DNA from: the human T2T-CHM13v2.0 reference genome, Homo sapiens
Reading direction: 5' to 3' (one strand)
Assembly: GCF_009914755.1 (NCBI RefSeq)
Contig: NC_060925.1
Length of the DNA: 64,000 nucleotides
Numbering within the stretch: the first letter of the stretch is position 1; every line of letters starts with the position of its first letter. Below the pieces are notes generated by a model. That model searched no databases. It had not been told where the DNA came from and saw nothing but the letters and a program-made list of their open reading frames with translations. A program made the position numbers and the translations under genes. Of the stretch, positions 58,254-64,000 are shown piece after piece.

Positions 58254-58395
58254 AAAGTTTCTAGAGTAGCTCAGAGAAGCAACTAGAAATCTAGAAGACA
58301 AGACTTCAATCAAAAGACAGTCACCACACTTCCGTCAGGCTGGTGCAAGAGCTGTGTACTTGTCTGATTCTCAGAGAAGAGAATGGAGGTTCTTT

Positions 58396-58700
58396 AAAAA
58401 AATATTTTAAGGACATGTCTATGCATATATACAATATATTTTTTAAACTTTTAAGTTCAGGGGTACATGTGAAGGTTCATTATATAGGTAAACTTGTGTC
58501 ATGGGAGTTTGTTGTATAGATTATTTCATCACCCAAGTATTAAGCCTAGTACCCTTTAGTTATTTTTCCTGATCCTCTCCCTTGTCCAAACCTTTACTCT
58601 CCGATAGGCCCCAGTGTGTGTTGTTCCACTCGATGTGTCTGTGTGTTCTCATCATTTAGCTCCTATTTATAAGTGAGATTATGCAGCATTTAGTTTTCTG
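58396..58700 (-). mobile_element. L1PA (older primate) 3' fragment
   Basis: aacttttaagttcaggggtacatgtg...gttctcatcatttagctcc. TSD GAGAATGG(A/G)G(G/T)TTCTT at 58379 and 58701. Confidence 0.88.
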
Positions 58701-58705
58701 GAGAA

Positions 58706-59233
58706 TGGGGTTTCTTAATCTTCTGTTATGTAAATCCCCTTGGCCATAGGGTGAAGCCTATGAACCTTTTCTCAGAATAATATTTTAAAATGTATAAAGC
58801 AAAGTGCGTGGGATTACCAAGGAAACCAATTCTACTGAAATATGGTTATCAAAATAGTAAAAAATCCCAAATATATGCTATTGCAATATATGTGCTTCCT
58901 TATTAAAGCATTAAATAACATTAACTGGTGGGTCTAATTATTAACGTAACTTCAGTAGTGATGAGCATAACTACATCTTGGTTATCCACAAGCTCTGTAG
59001 CTTACAATATCTGCAATGAGTGTTAGAAATATTACGATATCTGTAATTTCAACCAGTGACAAGGTCACAATTACTGCTTATACAGCTGTGGTTAGTTTAA
59101 TGCCTACATTCATAATTAAAGAATATTCCAAGTTTCAGTTTGCAGTTAGTGAAAATAAAGTCATATATTTTTTTCTACTCATTTTAATGGATTTCTTTGA
59201 ATTTTATTTATAGGCTACAGGTTAAGAGCCCCA
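58706..59233 (+). mobile_element. Charlie4a-like hAT DNA transposon, near full length
   Basis: Terminal inverted repeats TGGGGTTTCTTAA...GGTTAAGAGCCCCA; internal gtgaagcctatgaaccttttctcagaataat. Confidence 0.8.
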
Positions 59234-60639
59234 ATTTTAGACTGTGAACTTCTTGAAGGGGAAATTTTTGCTTTATTCAGTTTTGCACTCATGTTATCTC
59301 TATTTATATAAGTGCTGTGTGTCCTTTTACTATTAGTAAGTGACATATTTCTTCTTCCGAGCACTTATGCAAATATCTGAAAATTGGGGCAAGAGATCCC
59401 AAACACGGTGCAGATTACCAATCACAAAGATGATTCTTGGGTTATCTTTGTGCAGAAAAACCCACTCACCTCATTCTACAGCCATACACTTTATTCCTCT
59501 TCCCAACCACACTAGCGAAATTCTGTGGAGCAATCACCCATAGGGTTCTACCACAGGACCTGGCTGCTCTTCTGGACTACATGGACAGCCATTTCTTTAA
59601 TATTGTCTTCTGCAAGAACTTGGATTTTACGATAGCAATTGTCTACCTAACCTTCCCGGAGGAAAGAAAATTCACGCCTTTCCAGAAAGTCACAATTATT
59701 TTCTCATCTCTCTGTCATTTTAATTGCTTTATTGGAGAGTTTCTTTCTGTCATCCATTGGTTCATGTTCAGCTAGTCAGCCTTCCAGCTGACTATAATTT
59801 CTTGTTTTACAATCAGGTTAAATTTGAATTGAGCAATTTGTACTTGGTAAATATTCAAGAAAAGTTATTATGCTAACATTATTGAAGAACTTCTTGTTGA
59901 ATTAAAGTGTTGTTTGTCCCTTTGATATCCCACATGTCTGGTACTTGGATTCTTAGATCTGCAGCTGTGATGCTTTAACTCTCATGCCCTGTTTCACAAT
60001 TTATTGACTTCATTTAATAGTTGAGAGAAAATGAGGACTGAAAGTGATTTATCAGATGGGATATTTCTTCTATTTACCTCATTCCTGCCATCTATATCTC
60101 ATTACGAAATATGGAAAGTAAAGAAATACAATGTGAAATATCAAAATGTATTATAAGGAAAATCTCTTTAAACTATATGGTCAATAAAATCAGTAACAAC
60201 AACAAAAAGATCTCACAATGACATGAGCTTTGAAAAGCTATTGGATGTTACTGAATACTTTTCATCTTATTGATCAAAACATCCTCCTGAAAGAATAAGT
60301 TTCTTTGAAATCAGAAAATTAAGCCAGAAAATTCATTCTTCCTGTTCCATTCCACTTATTTCACAAACATTTCTTTTCTCATTGTCTAGACACAAAGAGC
60401 CGCTGTTAGAGGATTCTGAGGAGTTTAAACTGCTGAGAATTTGATCACATAACTGTTTGGAATTACCACAACTCCGAGGTGTATCAGGGATTGTTATACG
60501 TCTTGAAGAGACAAGGAAACTGAGGCACAGAAAATGAAAAATGACTTGTTAAAGTCATCTATCTATTAATTGTCAACAGCAGAATTAGAATTCTACGTTT
60601 CCGAACTTCTATCCAATTGTCTTTTAAAAGGGCAGGCAC

Positions 60640-60955
<316 letters not shown>

Positions 60956-62795
60956 TTATAGTAAAGTAACTTTCGCAGATTGTGCCTCTATAGTCTCCTT
61001 TTCAAAATTTTTTTTTCAGTTTTTCTAAAACCAGCTATTTATTCACTATGAATTCATTTCCCCCCGCCCCAGGAAGAGCACTAGCCATCAGTTCTAACTT
61101 GGAAAGCTGAGCCTAAGCTTGCTCTCTTTGGTCATTCTGGAGCAGTTGGTGCAGACTTTAGTTTTCCTCCAGTGAAAATAGAATTCATTTCAGATGAATT
61201 GTCTATTTCTTCAAGAAATTCCTGTGTAACTTTGCTAAATATTTATTGAGCAGGTGCTATATGTAGAACCTTGCACTTCCACTCATTTGGAGGACTGGGA
61301 TGTATAACTTAAGCTATTCTTAAGGGCTTTTAAGCCAAACAGACATCCTGGTCTTTTTCCTGGGAAAGGAACTACAGAGTTTCCAGACACAGTGATCTGA
61401 AACACTTCCGAGACATAAGCTGCTTTTGAGAGATGGCCTCGTAGAAAGAAAAGTTGACCTACTCTTTCAACACATTGTCTGCAAGTCTGTTTTTGTTCAT
61501 TCCAATCACTTCATGTGAGCAAAGGATGAACTGAATTCTTGTCCTCTAGGAATAATTGTTTAAATAAAGAAGGTTTTATTGTTTTTTCTTTTCCTCTTCC
61601 TTTCTTCCTTCTTTTCTCTCATTATTTTATTTTTCCCAAGAATGTTAATTGAGGTTAGAACCAAAGAACAGAGATAGGATATGAATAAAACATGGTTTTT
61701 GCCCGAAGGAGATAGACATGTCATAAGTTACAATGTAATATTTTTTTCTGTAATAAGGATATCTGTAAAATTTAATGGCAGCACAAAGCATGAGTGCTTA
61801 ACTACCAAGGGTAATTAGGTGAGTCTTTATACTGTAGGTGAAATCTAAACAGGGTCTTGGAGAATGAATAAAAGTTTGACAGGTGAGTTATTTATATTGG
61901 TAAATTAAAAATTTAATGTACCCCAAGAACTAAGTGACAGAAGCCACATAAACAAAACCATTTTTCTTATTACCTTAATTAAACTTGGGGGAAAAGAAAA
62001 CTAAGGTTGAGAACTAGAAAATGATAGAGAAGCCCAACTCCAACTCTAAAATGTGGCCTTTAAGAAATTGGCCAGAGATCCTGAGCTGCCAACGGTTCTA
62101 CCAAGCATTTCCTGCTTCTAGGTGATCTGAAGTTTCTGGTGGGAGGTCTTTAGAGCTAGTGTCTGGCTCTCTATCAAATATCGCTTTCCTAGCCATCAGA
62201 GGGGCCCCAACTACTCAAAACTGAAATTGTTACTTAAACCACAGCTTTGACTACTCAGCCCCCCAAGTCTCCAGTCATACTTTACTTGTTAATTATCTCT
62301 ACTCCCACACAGAACCTGCCTTTTTCTGCTGGGTGATGCCAGTAAACTCACCTCTGACTAGGATTAGGTTATATGGGAGGTCAAAGCCCTATGGGATTTT
62401 TAGAATGTTTAGTAGAGTATTAAAGCATCCTTGGGGGCTGCCCCTCATAGATGTGCCAATGTGACCTATCCCCATCCTAACTCCTCACATAAACATGGTG
62501 GCTTTCTTCTAAAGTTCACTTGCGGTAAATGGTTGTGAATAAGTACACAACTAAAATGAACTATTTACTAGCTAATTTTTGGAGACATTTTACTTTTAGG
62601 ACAAAAAGCCAAATGACAAAATAAAACTTCTAGGAGATCAATCCAGTTTTAGTTCAATCTCCCCAATCTTCTATTCTACATCTATTTTCCATATATGTAA
62701 TTATAAATAATTAGGCTGACAACCTAAAAAAAAGATTGTTGATTGTTTTGTACTTGTGAATGCCAAAAACATTAGAGCAATAAAAATTAAAACAG

Positions 62796-62875
62796 TGTAT
62801 ACCTGTGTAACAAATCTGCATGTTCTGCACATGTATCCTGGAACTTAAAGTAAAATTAAAAAAAAAAAAAAAAAA
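62796..62875 (+). mobile_element. Extremely 5'-truncated L1PA 3' end with poly(A)
   Basis: gtatacctgtgtaacaaatctgcatgttctgcacatgtatcctggaacttaaagtaaaatt(A)n. Confidence 0.88.
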
Positions 62876-64000
62876 GGAAGTGACTGCAGATTAACCACAG
62901 AATTAACTTGAAAATTCTCTTCTCTATGTGTTCGGGTTCATTGATTTCTTTCTGTGAAACTTCATGTATTCTGTTTTCTTAAACTAAAAAGGAGTTTTAA
63001 AAGAATTGTTTTACATGTCCAAGAAGAAAATGTAGTCAATGAAAAATAGGAATCACATTCTAATTTTAATTTAACTCATTGCTTAATATTCATTGGATAA
63101 TTTTTGTTTCCTTATACCTGATCACTGCACACTTTTTATTTCAAAATGAACAGAAGGAAAATAGCCACGAAAATAAATGCTCAGGCTCAGTTACAAATTC
63201 TATCTGCATTCAGCTGGTGACTTTAGATAGGGTTGAGAATCGAAATCACTTACGGAGCTTTGTAAAAATCGTACTCTTTTTTCCACTCCCTGACATTTTT
63301 ATTCACTGGATCTGGGTGCCGTCTGGACATATTTATTTTGGAGATGCATTCTGTATGATTTTGATGCTTTCCCATTTTGAGAACTACCAGTTTAAATTAT
63401 TTTCGTTTTAGTCTTTGTGTCCTCTATTGTACCTTCTCTAATTTGCCGCTTACTGTTTATTGAGCAATTTGTATTTCCTTATATGTATTACTTCACACCT
63501 CCTTATTCCAAAATGAACATGGAAAATTCAGAAGAGATGACTAGCAATATCTAGATAGCAATATCTAGATATCCAGTAGTTCCCAGTCAGTTAGTTAGAG
63601 CTCAGCATAGGGTTCCCTGGAGAAGGCAGAGACCCAAGAAAAATGGGAAAGTCTTGTATATTCAGAGACCTGGGTAGGAGTGTATAGACCGGGTAGCTCA
63701 TGGGGATGCAGGAGCTGTGTCAAGGGTGTTTCTGGAAGGTTGGAAAGGGCCAGCTGTTTTCTAGCTACCCCTTTTCTCAGGAACAAAGCAGGGGATCATG
63801 ATTCTTAGGGTAGGGGAATCGATATTTTGCCTAGTTAGTTTCTTGGTTCCATAAAGGAATTGATGTTCTCACCGGGGCCTGCTGAATGGACTGGAACTAT
63901 AGAAGAAGGGCTCGACAGTCTCAGTTCAAAAGGTCTCACAAAGCTTAAACTCTCACTGGAATGCCGAATCGTAATCCCCCGATCCTGGCACACTACTGAG

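Noticed and set aside
63542-63569. 14-bp tandem duplication TAGCAATATCTAGA (also a 16-bp one at ~10951-10980)
   Set aside because: Ordinary slippage micro-duplications.

Overview
Primate, most likely human, intergenic DNA with no intact protein-coding gene. It is dominated by transposon remnants: a HERV-L/MLT2A provirus end, an older ERVL pol fossil, L2/MIR/L3, hAT DNA transposons, MaLR/ERV solo LTRs, ten Alus, and a ~16-kb block of nested L1s (34.8-50.6 kb). The one recognisable gene-derived feature is a full-length processed pseudogene of SLC25A38 (56328-58253). From memory, SLC25A38P1 lies at human 1q24.3 between FASLG and TNFSF18; this placement is recalled, not verified. Most notable observations: (1) a ~950-bp poly(A)-tailed, TSD-flanked, non-TE insertion hidden inside an old L1, probably an orphan retroposed 3'UTR or 3' transduction; (2) a 28-nt GT...AG insert exactly at the SLC25A38 exon1/exon2 junction, i.e. 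a fossilised alternative isoform; (3) a 1.7-kb TA-rich array with roughly 85-90 TGGAAA units that replaces the HERV-L LTR/PBS junction; (4) dense RUNX/IRF/AP-1/ETS and tandem E-box motif clusters in unique DNA; (5) several local templated duplications. Repeat subfamily names and old-repeat boundaries are by-eye estimates.
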